64,000 nucleotides of DNA from Sphyrna mokarran (taxonomy: Eukaryota), in assembly GCA_024679065.1 (NCBI GenBank), contig JAGIQG010000010.1:74462001-74526000 (forward strand). Direction: 5' to 3'. Position numbers and translations under genes: made by a program. This document shows, piece after piece, positions 37,083 through 49,079 of the stretch (position 1 is its first letter; every line of letters begins with the position of its first letter). Under the pieces are notes generated by a model that saw only the letters and a program-made list of their open reading frames with translations, had not been told where the DNA came from and made no database searches.

Positions 37083-38769
37083 TAATCTACTACTATCTCA
37101 ACAGCCACTTCCTTTAAGGCCATAGGATAAAGTCCATCGGGATCTGACCTTGTCAGCTTTTAATTTTAATAATTTTTTCAGTACCTTTTCCCTAGTGGTT
37201 GTAATTGTTCTAAGTTCCTCCATCCCCCTCAGCTCTTGATTCACAATTATCTCCGGGGTGTTATTTGTATCTTCTACAATGAAGACAGATGAAAGATATC
37301 TGTTCAATTCATCTGCAATTTTCTTCCATTATTAATTTCCAAGACTGACTCACTTTACTTAGTCTTTTCATTTTTAAATATCTGCAGAAGCTGTAATTGT
37401 TCTCATATTCCTAGTTAGTTTTTTTTATCATACTCCGATTTCTTTTATCATTCTTTGATGTTTTTATACACATTCCACTCTTCTAACCATCATGAACCTT
37501 AGTGGAATTGTACACCTTTTTTTCTAATTCAATCCTATCTTTAACTTCCATAGTTAGCAAAAGTACATCCTTTCCCCACAGCCTTTCTTTTTCACTGGAA
37601 TGTATCTTCACTTGCTGTTATGAAATATCTCTTTAACTGTCTGCCACTGTATCTTTACTGATCTATCCTGAAATTTTCCAGTTCACTTTAGCCAAATGTC
37701 TTTATATGCTCATAATTGTCATTGTTTGAGTTTAAAATACTGTTCTTGAACTTATTTTTCTTTCCCTTGAACAGAATGCAAAATTTATCATGTTATGATC
37801 ACTGTTACCTAAGGGCTCCTTTACTATGGGTCATGAATTAATCCTGCCATGTTGCACATCACCAGATGCAGAACAACATGATCTTCGACTGGGTGTAGAT
37901 TGTGTTGCTCAAAGAAACCATCCTGAAAACACTATGAACTTATTTTCCAGGCTACTCTTGCCAATCTGATTCATTCAATTTATATGTCAATTCAAAGCAC
38001 CCATAATTATTGCTGTATCCTTCTCATAAGCCCTCATTATTCCTTCCTAAATACCCCATCCTACAAGATGTTACAGTGACTTCCTACCTTTACTCTTTCT
38101 TATCTCTGCCAAAACTTATTCTACATTTTGATCAAGGTCCTTTCTCTTCATTGTACCAATGTCATCTTAATTAATAGAACTGTTCCTCTATCTTTTCCTT
38201 GCTTCCTGTACTTCCAAAATGTTATGCACCCTTGAATATTCAAGTTCTAGCCATTGTTATTTTGCAGTCATGTCTCTGAAATAGCTACCAGATTTTAAAT
38301 ATTTATTTCTATTTGCACTCACAATTCATCCACCTTGTTATGAATGCTTCAGGCTTTTAGATACAGATTCTTTAGTTTTGTCCTTTTATTATTTTTGCAG
38401 CCTCTAGTCTTATTTGCTGACACACTGTTACGTTTGTACACCCTGTCCTTTCCTGCCATTATTTCCCTTATTGTCACATTGCTGACTTGCCTTTTCTTTT
38501 TATTTTATCATATTTTCTCACACTTGCTCCCTCGTCCTACTATTTAGTTTAAAGCCCTCTCTACTACTCTAGACAATACTCACTCGAACACAAGTCCCAG
38601 CATGGTTCACGTGAAAACCATTCCAACAACATTGCTTCCCACTTTTCCCACTACTGATGCTCATACCTCACGAATCAAAACCCATTTTGCCAATATCAAT
38701 CTTTGATCACACATTTAACTCTCTTATTAACAACTAGTTATTTAGCCAAACAAAACTTGTCTATTGCTG

Positions 38770-39522
38770 AAAGAAACAGATAATGTGGTTTAGAAAGTGT
38801 ATGTTTCACTTGTCTTTACTGGCTGAGGCACAGAGTTTAAGAATCAAGAGGTTATGATGGAACTACGTAAAATGTTAGTTAGGCCACAGCTGGAATATTT
38901 TCCAGAATTCTACCACCCTGCTGCCATGGAATCGGAGTGAGTGAGGGGCAGACAATGGATATGTCCATTGACCTCACAACAGAAATTTCCAAATTCACTC
39001 GAGCAAGGCTATAAAATCCCACCCATCGTGTGCACTTCTGGAATCCACGTTATAGGAGGGATGTGATAGCACTGGAAGGGTGCACAGGAGATATACCAAT
39101 ATGATGCCTAGGCTGGAGAGTTTTAGTTGTGAAGAGAGATTGGATACCCTGGGGCTGTTTTCCTTGGAGCGGACGAGACTAAGGGGGGGAACATGTTTGT
39201 GATATATAAAATTATGAGCATAGATACAGTAGACAGGAAGAAACTTTTCTCCTTGAAGGAATCAATGACTGGGGTGGAGAGATTTAAACTAAGGAGCAGG
39301 AGGTTTAGAGGAGATGTGAGGAAAAGTTTTTTCACCCAAAAGGTTTTGGGAGATCAGAATTTACTACTTGAAAGAGTGGTGGAGGCAAAAACCCTCATAA
39401 CATTTATGAAGTATTTAGATGTGTGCTTACAATGCCAAGGCATACAAGTGCTAGAAAATAGGTAGCTTGTCTTTGACTGGTGATGATATGATGGACTAAA
39501 GGGCCTTTTCCTCTATGATTAT
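38770..39522 (+). mobile_element. CR1 3' end interrupted by a short MITE (~38897-39024)
   Basis: ORF 39193: FVIYKIMSIDTVDRKKLFSLKESMTGVERFKLRSRRFRGDVRKSFFTQKV; tail atgatggactaaagggccttttcc. The MITE ends taaaatcccaccc. Confidence 0.8.
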
Positions 39523-39524
39523 GT

Positions 39525-39901
39525 CCAAGCTTTTTGTCTTCTACTAATCACACTTGGCCACACAACTGATGCAAGGGGAAAACAATAATATACTGTACGA
39601 GACAGAAGTACTCATTGGCTGGCCAGTGAACTCTGGTAGAAGTCATGAAAAATGCACCAGGGAAATTGACAGTTAACTGCCAAGCATTGTTTGGCATTTA
39701 AACAGGCAGCTTGACCCTGATTGGTCGAGGCATTTCCTTGTGCAACAAGTCAGCAAATAACTATCGCTTATTGATTTTAGCTGAAAAACAGACATAATGT
39801 GTGTACACATTCTGTCTGCAAAGACTGGGGCTCTGTGTATAAATATATCTAACTTCCAGTACACACAAAATGTGCCACATTGCAAACACAACTGACAATC
39901 T
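39525..39901 (-). mobile_element. Penelope-like element: GIY-YIG C-terminus and pLTR remnant
   Basis: The minus strand reads IVSCVCNVAH / VLEVRYIYTQSPSLCRQ (cf. the PLE terminus LEAxYI...PxLCRQK), followed by a region homologous to 45150-45256. Confidence 0.6.
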
Positions 39902-41129
39902 CAAATCCCTCATTCATCAAATTACCAAATTCACATCTATGACTACCCACACATAGTAACTAGCTACGCCTTTGTGCTTCATATCTTACAGCTAGAAAGG
40001 AAGCCAAAGCTGCAGAGCTGATTGACCAGAAGCATGGTCTGGGAACTCTTCCAGGGCCTCTCATTAGGGATGCAAATTAAAACTAGATTGCTGAGAGGGA
40101 ACTAGGAGTGTTCTTCTCGTTGGTCAAGAGTTGGAAATTTTGGGTTAGTTTTCCTTGTATGCATCCAGTTGTATACACTTGGGCTAAATGTTGCCACGCA
40201 ATCTACAAAATGGATATAAGAATAGGAGTGCATCATTGAGGTCTTTGCACTGCTAAGAGTTCAAATTTGTCACAGGACATTTTAAGGACATTTGTTGGGA
40301 GAGAGTTAAGAGTAAGACATTTGCTGAAAGAACTCCTGCCAGAAGTACAGCACTTGCCAGAAAGATAACATTTGGATAACATTCTGGCAGCTGATCGGAA
40401 TTTGTCATAGGTTGAGGGTGGGGTGGTTGCTGTCATTACCCAGTATCAATCAATCAGGTACTAAAGTATTTATCAGAGTTTAAGGATTATCATAAGACTT
40501 CAGTATAGAGATCAGTGAATCCTGTGCAGACAGAATTGTCAGGCTGAAATAATTGCCTTGACAGAGCGAGAGCGACAGCAATCTTCCAGCAGGAAGCTGT
40601 GAAGGATGCAACTTCAGCAGTAAAGCTAGTCTGGAAAATTGTGGTTTGGAAAAGCATCCACAAGAGATAAGTCTTAAAATTGCAAATATGTTACAGTTAA
40701 GGTGGTTTAAAATCTAAAGACATCATGAGTCAGGAGATCAGGTTCAAGGAACTAAGAGAAGACTACAAAAATCTCAGAATCTGTGAGAAAGACATGGACA
40801 TTGAAGTTGAATATTGTGCTATGCCTCAACTAGTGAAATGTTAAGCATCAATCTTTATTGTCAGATAGACTTCATTAGTTTGCATTCTAAATTTGTACTT
40901 GTCCTTTTCGTCAATGTAGTTATGTCCCAATAAGAATTTTGTTACTCTGCGAGTTTAATGTAGAACAAATCCCTACACTACAGAAACAGATATAAGCAAG
41001 TCATCTGTCTGCCTCATCAGTCACTAAATGCAAGAACTTTCGAATTTTACTAAATGCAACTTTTTTTGCATTAAAACCAAGTTTTTGTTTTGATTGAGGG
41101 TGCAGCAAAATTGATTATTGATGAGTTTA

Positions 41130-41700
41130 AGGAAACAAAACAGAAATAAAGTATGCCCAAAACTGCACAATATTCCATATGGGGCCTACCAATGAGTTAT
41201 ATCAGGTGAACTGAGTGCTTCGAAGGCTGTAAAACTTTTACTTTATGCCTTGTTCAGCATCTCACTGGCCCCCACCCCCACTCATTTCTTTGAGGATCCC
41301 AAGGTGCATTTCATCTGCTCCAGATGCCTTGTGGGCACTTAGTGCTTTGATTTCCTTCATAACACAGGCTTTACTGACCTCCACATCTGTTATATCTGTT
41401 GTTTGGAACTGGAATTTGCCCAAGATCTTCATCTGTGATGACTGATGTGCAGAATTCATTTAACACATCTACCATTTCCTGATCCTCTAGATTTTGACCC
41501 ACTTGTCCCTCTTTTAATCTTTGTCTCTTTCACTGTCACAAAAAAGCTTTTCAATCACTCTTGTGGTGTCTGCAGCAATTCATAATTGACTGTGCAGAAT
41601 TTCCAATCTTAAATAGCTTTTGACTTTGTCTTTTTAAATTTTGATCTTGCAAGGTGGATTTCTTTGCAGTTCACTTGATGAATAATTTGTTCAAAGTCTC
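41130..41700 (-). mobile_element. Old CR1-like fragment
   Basis: ORF 41262(-): VMKEIKALSAHKASGADEMHLGILKE (cf. KSPGPDGxHPRVLKE). Confidence 0.6.
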
Positions 41701-42149
41701 TTTCAATCGTTCAAATAAGTGTTTTTTTAAATTTACGAAACTGTTCTCAATTGAGTTTCTCCAGCCAGGCAGTTTTGCTTTATTAATGATTAATGATGTC
41801 ATTGATTTTAATGTTAGTTGTCAACACTGGTTAACATTAAAACATGTCACCCCATTGCAGTTTGTTTTCAAGATTAACTCAATTATTACCATTACAAACT
41901 TGTCTGATCTTACAAAAGATGTCTACACATTTGATTTTTCCTCATCTTTTCAATAATAAAGATATCCTTCATTATTATCACAATGTAGCTCTTAGAATGC
42001 ATTAACAGTATAATGGTACACCAGTCCAAAAGCAAATTCACTTCAAAGTAATGCTATTGTCAGTTCGTACCGGAACATCAATCTTACATTCCAGGCTATT
42101 TTCTTTCCATTGCTATAAAGGACAAATCCATTTTGCACTAACATTTATA

Positions 42150-42300
42150 ATGTAATGGCTTGCTATGTGCAAGTTGACTGCTGTATTCATACCTTACAAT
42201 AGTAACTGCACTTCACTTCAAAAACACTTCATTGACTATAAGGCATTTTGGGGTGTCCCGAAATTGCAAAAAGTGCCAAATAAATTAAAGTTCTCTCTTC
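42150..42300 (+). mobile_element. Deu-SINE (SacSINE1-like) 3' end
   Basis: tgctatgtgcaagttgactgctg...cacttcaaaaacacttcattgactataaggcattttgggg...aaattaaagttc. Confidence 0.65.
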
Positions 42301-42419
42301 AATGCTGACATGTACGCTGTAACTCACCTGAATAATTTTGTTTCTTATTGTGCATGTTGTACTGACAGTGCACATCTATTTCAATTATTGCCATTACTGC
42401 CAAGTTGATACTTATGAAA

Positions 42420-42850
42420 TCAAAAATTGAAGATTTCTATTTTGACAGCACTTTTCACTTTCAAACCACTCTATGCTCAATAAATTATTTTCGAAGTGTA
42501 GTCCTTGCTCTAATGTAAGAAATGCATCTGTCAATTTGCACAAAGAAAACTCCCACAAACTGGACTTAAGTAATGACCGGGTAACCTGTTTTACTGGTGT
42601 TGAATAAATTTTGACTATATCACTGATAACCCCTCTGCTCTTCTTTGAAATAGTGTCATGAAATCTTTTGCACCCACCCACAGGCAAGATCAGACCTCGG
42701 TTTAACATCTCATCCAAAAGATGGCACCTCAGAGTGCAGCTCTAACAGCACTGCACTGGAATGTCAGCCTCAACTTTTATCCTCAAGCCCTAAGTTGGGA
42801 CTTAAACTCTGAACTTTGAAACTCATAGGCGAGAGCTATAGCTGACACAA
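42420..42850 (-). mobile_element. Near full-length Deu-SINE (SacSINE1-like)
   Basis: The minus strand shows a tRNA-like head (ttcagagtttaagtcccaac), a Deu core (gtgccatcttttggatgagatgttaaaccgaggtc...catgacactatttcaaagaagagcag) and an L2-like tail. Confidence 0.75.
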
Positions 42851-43199
42851 ATCAATCATATTATCTATCATTAAAGTTGCCCTACACTTTCATATACTGT
42901 GCCTTTATGTTTGTTCAGTCATATAAACAATTATTTGATACAATTAAGAAACAGCAACAAACTTAATAAAAATCAGATTGATGATATTTTGCAGAACACT
43001 TCTGTTCAGTCTGAAAGAGTCTTCTGGTGGCCTATCATTTTAATTCTTTAACTGGCTCTCATGCTGACATTTCTGTCCTTAATCTTCTGCACTGTTTAAG
43101 TAAAGTTGAATGTAAGCTTGAGGAATAGCACATATCTTTCATTTAGGCACTTTACAGGTTTCTGAACTCAACTGAGTTCAACAATTTCAGACCGTAAAC

Positions 43200-43590
43200 T
43201 CTGTTTCCCACCACGCTCCTCTACACCCTCCGCCTCCCAATTTCGCTTTTTTTTTTGCATGTTTTAGTTTTTCTTTTATTTTTGTTTTCTGACAGTAGCA
43301 TATCTACTCCAGGCGCACCTTTTCATTTCTAGCCCCATGGCCATTTCCTTTGGTCCTGTAATGACTTTTCAATCATTCAATCTCTCCTACTCTGCACAGA
43401 TCTTACTTCTGTCCTCGTCCCACCTTTTGGTCAAAACCTGTTATACCTTTAACTTTTCCAGTTCTGATACTAAGTCTGAAATGTTAATTCTGTTTCACTC
43501 TCCACAGATGCTGCCCAGTTCCAGAATAATTCCAGCATTTTTAAAAGAATTTTATTTCATTCTTCCAGTGCTCAGGGTTGTGTGCTTTTT
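43200..43590 (+). mobile_element. Penelope-like 3'/pLTR remnant
   Basis: ttttccagttctgata...ctgaaatgttaattctgtttcactctccacagatgctgcc...tccagcattt; the same arm as 28588-28646. Confidence 0.5.
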
Positions 43591-44411
43591 GATAAAAATC
43601 TTACTCATAGAATGAAATGAAATCTCCATTTTTAAATGCCTGATTTGCCAATCAGCAAAATCCTGATAAGCAGTCAAAAATTTATTTTTGATTGCAACCA
43701 ACTACAGTTTCCTTTGCCCAGCTCTAAAACTTACAATTATTCAGTTGTATTAACCATGTCAGACAGAGTTGATTTGAGGAGCTTCAATCAGGGTATGTGT
43801 TTCAGCACAAAAGATCTACTGGAGAGGACATTTGAAGGTCATCAAAAGAATGTCCTTAAAGTGTATCAAAGCAAACAGTATAGCACTCTTGTGTGGAATC
43901 TGTTAGAATGTGTTTGAGTCAATAATCAGATTTATAGCCATCATTAATACTTCTTAAACATTAGCAGAGAACAAACATATTACTGAATCGCACTAAATAA
44001 TCAAATGCTTGCAAAAGATAATTTGAAGCTTTCTCGCAGCTCAGTCCACATGATCAACATTTGATGCAATAGAACAGGCTACAGTTTGAAATACCTCAAA
44101 GTCATTATTGCACTAATGAGTAAACATTGTCTTTAGGAAATAAAATTAAGTAAATAATGACTTTGTTAAGAACGCAGAACAAACAAAAACATCTTGATCA
44201 TTGTTCAGGCTCAGGATGAGGAAACACCATTCAGGAATCTGAATTATCTAAACTCTAGTGGCCATAACAGCAGCAGAAACTAATTCTGCTAATTCAAGCT
44301 GGAATATATTCAAATCATTTTTGAAAATGATGCAAATATGGTACAGCAATTCCAATATTAGTTTTTGAGGATACAATTGCACAGTTCCATTCTTGGCATC
44401 ACACTTCGCAG

Positions 44412-44850
44412 ACAAAGAACAAAAAGAACAAAGAATAAAACAGCATGGGAAACAGGCCCTTTGGCTCAACGAGCCCGCGCCGCCACCCCGATGTTCCCAC
44501 TTCTACCCGTGATCCCTGTCTATGTTTATAGATCTATGCATTGAAACCAAATTTGAGACAATTTAGGGAGAATTTGTTCTGCCAATTAGCCTAAGAGCAC
44601 ATCTTTGGGGACGTGGGAGGAAACCAGAGCACCTGGAGAAAACCCACACAAGCACAGGGAGAATGTGCAAACTCCCATAGACACAGGCCCATGTATCTGC
44701 ACAGCACAGTGATAGTCACTGAGCTGTCGTGTTGCTCATCAAATGGTCCAGGTCAAGCGTACAGTAATGACGTGAAGCATTAGGACACTCAAAAAATCCA
44801 AGAGCAGCCCTCTCACGACCCATCGCGTGTCTGCCCCTTGTTAGACAACA
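44412..44850 (-). mobile_element. Second copy of the composite CR1-3'UTR/V-SINE unit (homologous to 11004..11435)
   Basis: The reverse complement aligns co-linearly from tgttg(t/c)ctaacaagg through cgcttgacctggaccatttgatg, the V core and ctaaattgtctcaaatttggttt to the (ttgttct)n tail. Confidence 0.92.
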
Positions 44851-45149
44851 CTGACATTAGCTTATTCTGAAAGGCACAAATAATGGCTCCAAAACATCAA
44901 ATCATATTCCTGTGACAGAAAGTGCTCTAGAAGTCTCAATTAAAGGATATTGGGAGAAAGACTTTCTGCAGATACTGTTCTTATGTGATCAGTTTATTTC
45001 TAAAGAATATTTACAATTTCTTGACAGATTGAAAATACCATTGTGATTGGGTTGGATTAACGTGCATTGTTAGGTTAGAGTAGGAACACTTAACTTTATA
45101 TCTATCCAGTGCAAAACTGACTTAGAAGTCCAAAAATGGAAAAGTACTG

Positions 45150-45256
45150 TTGCTGAAAAGAGAGGCTGTGAAAGCTTTTGCCTTGCACTCAGCAAGATTC
45201 GCAAGAATAACAAATCTAAAGAAAACAACTTATACTGCATGAAAAGAGAGTGCTGC
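45150..45256 (-). mobile_element. Penelope-like pLTR fragment
   Basis: aagcttttgccttgcactcagc...aaaacaacttatactgcatgaaaagagagtgctg, homologous to ~39527-39615. Confidence 0.45.
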
Positions 45257-46025
45257 AGTACAAATTGCTGTTCCCTTTAGAAGATGTTGCTCATATAAAG
45301 CATGTTCAGAAAATTAACAGAACTTTGAGTTAGAAGATAATGATTTCTTCCACTTATTTACTCAATGATCCCCATGTGTTAACAACAGTTTTACAGTACA
45401 AAATGTCTGAAGTCAGTCAGGATTTTAAAATGTTGCAATTAATATTATCTGATTTCTAACACACACAATTACTACTTAAGACTGAGGTATTCTGGAATAC
45501 AGGGCACATTTATGCCAATCAGCAGAGGCTGTCAGAGTAATAAAACACTTTCATAGCTGAAATCTCAGCAGTAAAAGGAAATAAAATCAGTTTTCAGGCA
45601 ATCATTTTCAAATACTAGCATCTATTTTAAAATCAACAAAAGATTGGGCTCTTATGGTGGCCGAGAGGTATGTCTCACTGACATTCACACTCCCGCTGTA
45701 GCGAGGTTGGAGAATTTAGCAGGATGGGAAAATCCCATTTGCGTGAAAATCCCATAATAGCCGAAGTGTATTCGCTCAACGTCAATTCCTATTTACCAGG
45801 TGCAAGACGAGATAAGCTGCATCAATCAGAACAGAAAAGTTGTATTGGTGAATGGGACAAGCAAAGTCAGTGATGGATTAGTCAATGTCATGGCAACCTC
45901 ACCATAAAATGTTTAAACTGCAATCTTAGTGAGAGGGCAATAAGGATGACTGATTAGGAAATGGAAAAAAAATCACAGTACTGTAGAATAAAGCATTTTT
46001 CAAAGATCTGGGTTTATAAGAGCTT

Positions 46026-46790
46026 GGCTGGGATTCTCACAAAAAAAATCTCAGTCCTCATTTGAAAAGGGGAGTAATTCCCACAGATTTTTTTTTTTTT
46101 TTAGGGATTTTCAGATTGAATCTCCAACACTGTGCATCACAGAGTGCCGTAGCAGGATTCCCTCCAAAAATCGGGGGGCGGGTGAGTCCTCTTCCCACCA
46201 GAGAGATCAGCAGTATGATGCTGAATGGGCCACTGCACATGCACTGGTCTGTGAATACCAAGATTGACACATGCGCAGTGGCCTCGCATTGCTGACCTTC
46301 AGATTGCCAGCCAGAGCTGAACTCAAGTCCCCCCCACCCCCTCAATTGCTAGCCTCCTGGACCTCCGTGGGCAAACCTCAATGATCCCCCCCTTCCAGCC
46401 AGCCCCGATCTCCCAATTCCACCCCCAGAGCAGTCCGATGCCTGGTGGGCAGTACCAAGGTGCACCTTGGGCATTATCAGAGGTCATGTGGCATTGTCCC
46501 TCTTATCCCCTACTTCCTGGGAGTTTGGGGGGCTTCAGCGGCCTCTCTTCTCTCTAGCAGGGTCACCACCTATTCCCTGTTAGTGGGGAACAATCAGAAA
46601 CCTTATTGGAGTGGACGACACCTGGCAGGGAATGGACCCGGAGTGTTCAGTTCCAGGCCCACTAATGACATTGAAATCCAGATTTCCATATGACCTTTGG
46701 CTGGGAGACACACAGACTCCCAGGCACCAAGTGGGAAGCCTGCAAAGCAACCTCTGCTCATGACTCCTGGCCTACTGTGCTGCTCTAGTG
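46026..46790 (+). mobile_element. GC-rich MITE (PIF/Harbinger-type), right end unclear
   Basis: Starts ggctgggattctcacaaaaaaaa; internal homology to 34915-35908 and 18862-19638. Confidence 0.7.
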
Positions 46791-47559
46791 AACTATAATC
46801 TAATCAGAGTAGCTACTGTGCTGCAGGAAAGCTTTGGTGCATGCAACTTCTACTTTGAGCTTGCAAGGTAAACAAATAGCTAAGGTTCTATTTATCAGAC
46901 TGTAACACATGGAGCTATATGAATCCCAAGGCATACACTGACCAGTGAAGCTATGTATGCAGTACAGAATGGTAGAGAGACCTTTAGCAGATTTATCAGC
47001 TAGCATGTCAAAAAAAGTGAGCATATTAGACTGCTCTGTCACAAAAATGAATTGGAGCATGGATTAGGTGTGCCTAACAGTAACTTACAAACAGTAATTT
47101 ACAAAATTGGACCAAATCTCAGTGAATGGACATGGACCTTCTAACTTGTTTGCCTTGGCATCCATCTACCTCTGTTTCCACTTCAGTTCTGCTTTTGGAG
47201 GTGACGAGTGGACATTATTGGGAGATGGGACTGTGAAGTCAAGAGATGGCCTGACTTAATTCCTGTTATGAGAATGAATACTCAAGCCCTAATCTCACCA
47301 AAGTGACAATCTCCAGTGGCACACTCTGTAAACCTCTGTGTGACCTGCTGTTCGATATATAGTTCAGTCTCTGATGTAAAGTACTAAACGCAAAATCAAA
47401 ACAACTGAAAAATTAAATCTTTGCTTGGGCTCAGAAACCAATTTAATAGGATCAGAATGTAAAGTAACTAATTTGTAATATTTATGTCTCAACTTATTTC
47501 ATGATTTATTCTGTAATTGAATCAAAATGAACAAATACTCATATTGTGTCTTCAGTGCA

Positions 47560-47845
47560 GCAAGAAGTTCCAACATATATTATGTAACAAAATTTAAAAC
47601 TAAGCCACACAATGAAATATTAATACGGATGATCAAAAGCTTGGTCATAGAGATAGGTTTCAGAGTGTTTAAAAAGTGAAGAGTTTTAGAAAGGGAATTC
47701 CCGAGTTCATGGCCAAAGCAGCTGAGTGTACAGCTGTCAAAAAAAAAAAGCATTTAAATTCTGGAATACATAAGAAGTCAGAATTGGAGGAGTGCACAGA
47801 TCTGAGAGTTGTAGGACTGTAAGTGGTTACAGAGATAGAAAAAAG
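47560..47845 (-). mobile_element. L2-like LINE 3' region
   Basis: gatgatcaaaagcttggtcatagagataggttt...gggaattcc...cagaattggaggagtgcacagatct...ggttacagagatag. Confidence 0.55.
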
Positions 47846-49079
47846 AAAAGGCATGGAGAGGCAGTATTAGATACAATATGGTACGTTGTACTTCATGGGG
47901 TCACCTGACTCGGAGTCAAAAGATAAATAGGATGTGTAAGAAGATTGTAACAAGGCTGATTATGCCTCGCAGTTGTGTGTTCATATTCTATTAATAAAGC
48001 TAATTTACAGTAAGGGTTTTTGTCTTCCTGCAGTCTTATGCAGTTTTTTTTTGTTTACACATTTTAGTGAAGTGACATAGCTTATCACAGTTCTTACAGT
48101 GCTTTTGTGGGCTGGATAACTATGTGGTAAATGCTCTGTTTCACATCGACAGTATTTATTGGAGAGATTTTCCAGGCCCGCTAGCTCCGACTACGAATTG
48201 CAATAGCCTAGAGAATTCAACGGCAGTGCAAAAATGGTTAACTTCCTCTTTGAAGTGGTTTGCAACAGAGGAAATGAAACCACAGACTGTCGATCAGTCT
48301 TAGGCTCTGCCAACATTGCAGTCAGGATCACTGGGGTACTTGAGGTGCATTCAATTGTGAAGGAAAATAAAAATAAACGTAGGTGGCTGGACAATGATAG
48401 AAATCCATTGATCTGGCAGCTGAATCTTATACAAAATACTGCACACTGAATTTGTAACTGACCAAAGGCTTCAAGTGTAATGGAGAGGATTTCAACAATT
48501 TGAGCTTGCTGGGAAGCCTCAGCAATTTCAAATCAAAACTGAGTGCACAGCTGTGCAGACTGCCCCTTGACATCTTTCTACAGAAGATTTTAAAAGGGGT
48601 TTGCTCTCACCTGAAGCTTCCGACAGGGAGAAAGAAAAATCTCTGCTGCAGAATGGAGTCTGCAATGATTTAAAATCCTGCCAGGTTACAAGAGGCATGG
48701 AGGTTAAAAGTACGTTGCAACTTAAGAATTTGTACTGCTGACAGCTGGAATACAGATATTGCTCACAGAGATGCCTGAAATCACAATGCCAGCAATGATC
48801 TTCAGATCTGCCAGGTCTAAAATGGACAGTCCGGCCATGATACCCCATTCCAATTGAGAGTGGTGAGGTTGTCTGTCATGAATAAATTAGCATCTATCCA
48901 AATCCCATCTGATAGACAATGCTAACGTCAGCAGGAAACCCTTCAGGTTTCCCACTGGCATAGGTGCTTAGATCCAATTCAGGAGACTGGCAGCCCAATA
49001 TATTTTGATAATATTTTAATTATTTTTTACCTTGAGGCTATTTGTTTTTCCCTTGCTGCTTCTGTTTAACAGCATATAA

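Larger units (their letters stand above)
34790..38740 (-). mobile_element. Long degraded CR1 LINE interrupted by a MITE and an opposite-strand CR1
   Basis: ORF 35627..36085(-): SGMTQGSVLGPQQFTMYIHDVDE...KFSDHTKIG. ORF 36115..36357(-): AYFEFQVAFGKVPHQSLL. ORF 37098..37307(-): NRYLSSVFIVED...EKVLKKLLKLKADK. Confidence 0.85.

Noticed and set aside
40150-40930. Possible solo LTR
   Set aside because: No TG...CA termini with a TSD and no second copy that I could verify.
46800-47130. Possible DIRS tyrosine-recombinase remnant (TVRHT*SMLQF on the minus strand)
   Set aside because: Only a faint resemblance; the catalytic R and HxxR motifs are not recoverable.
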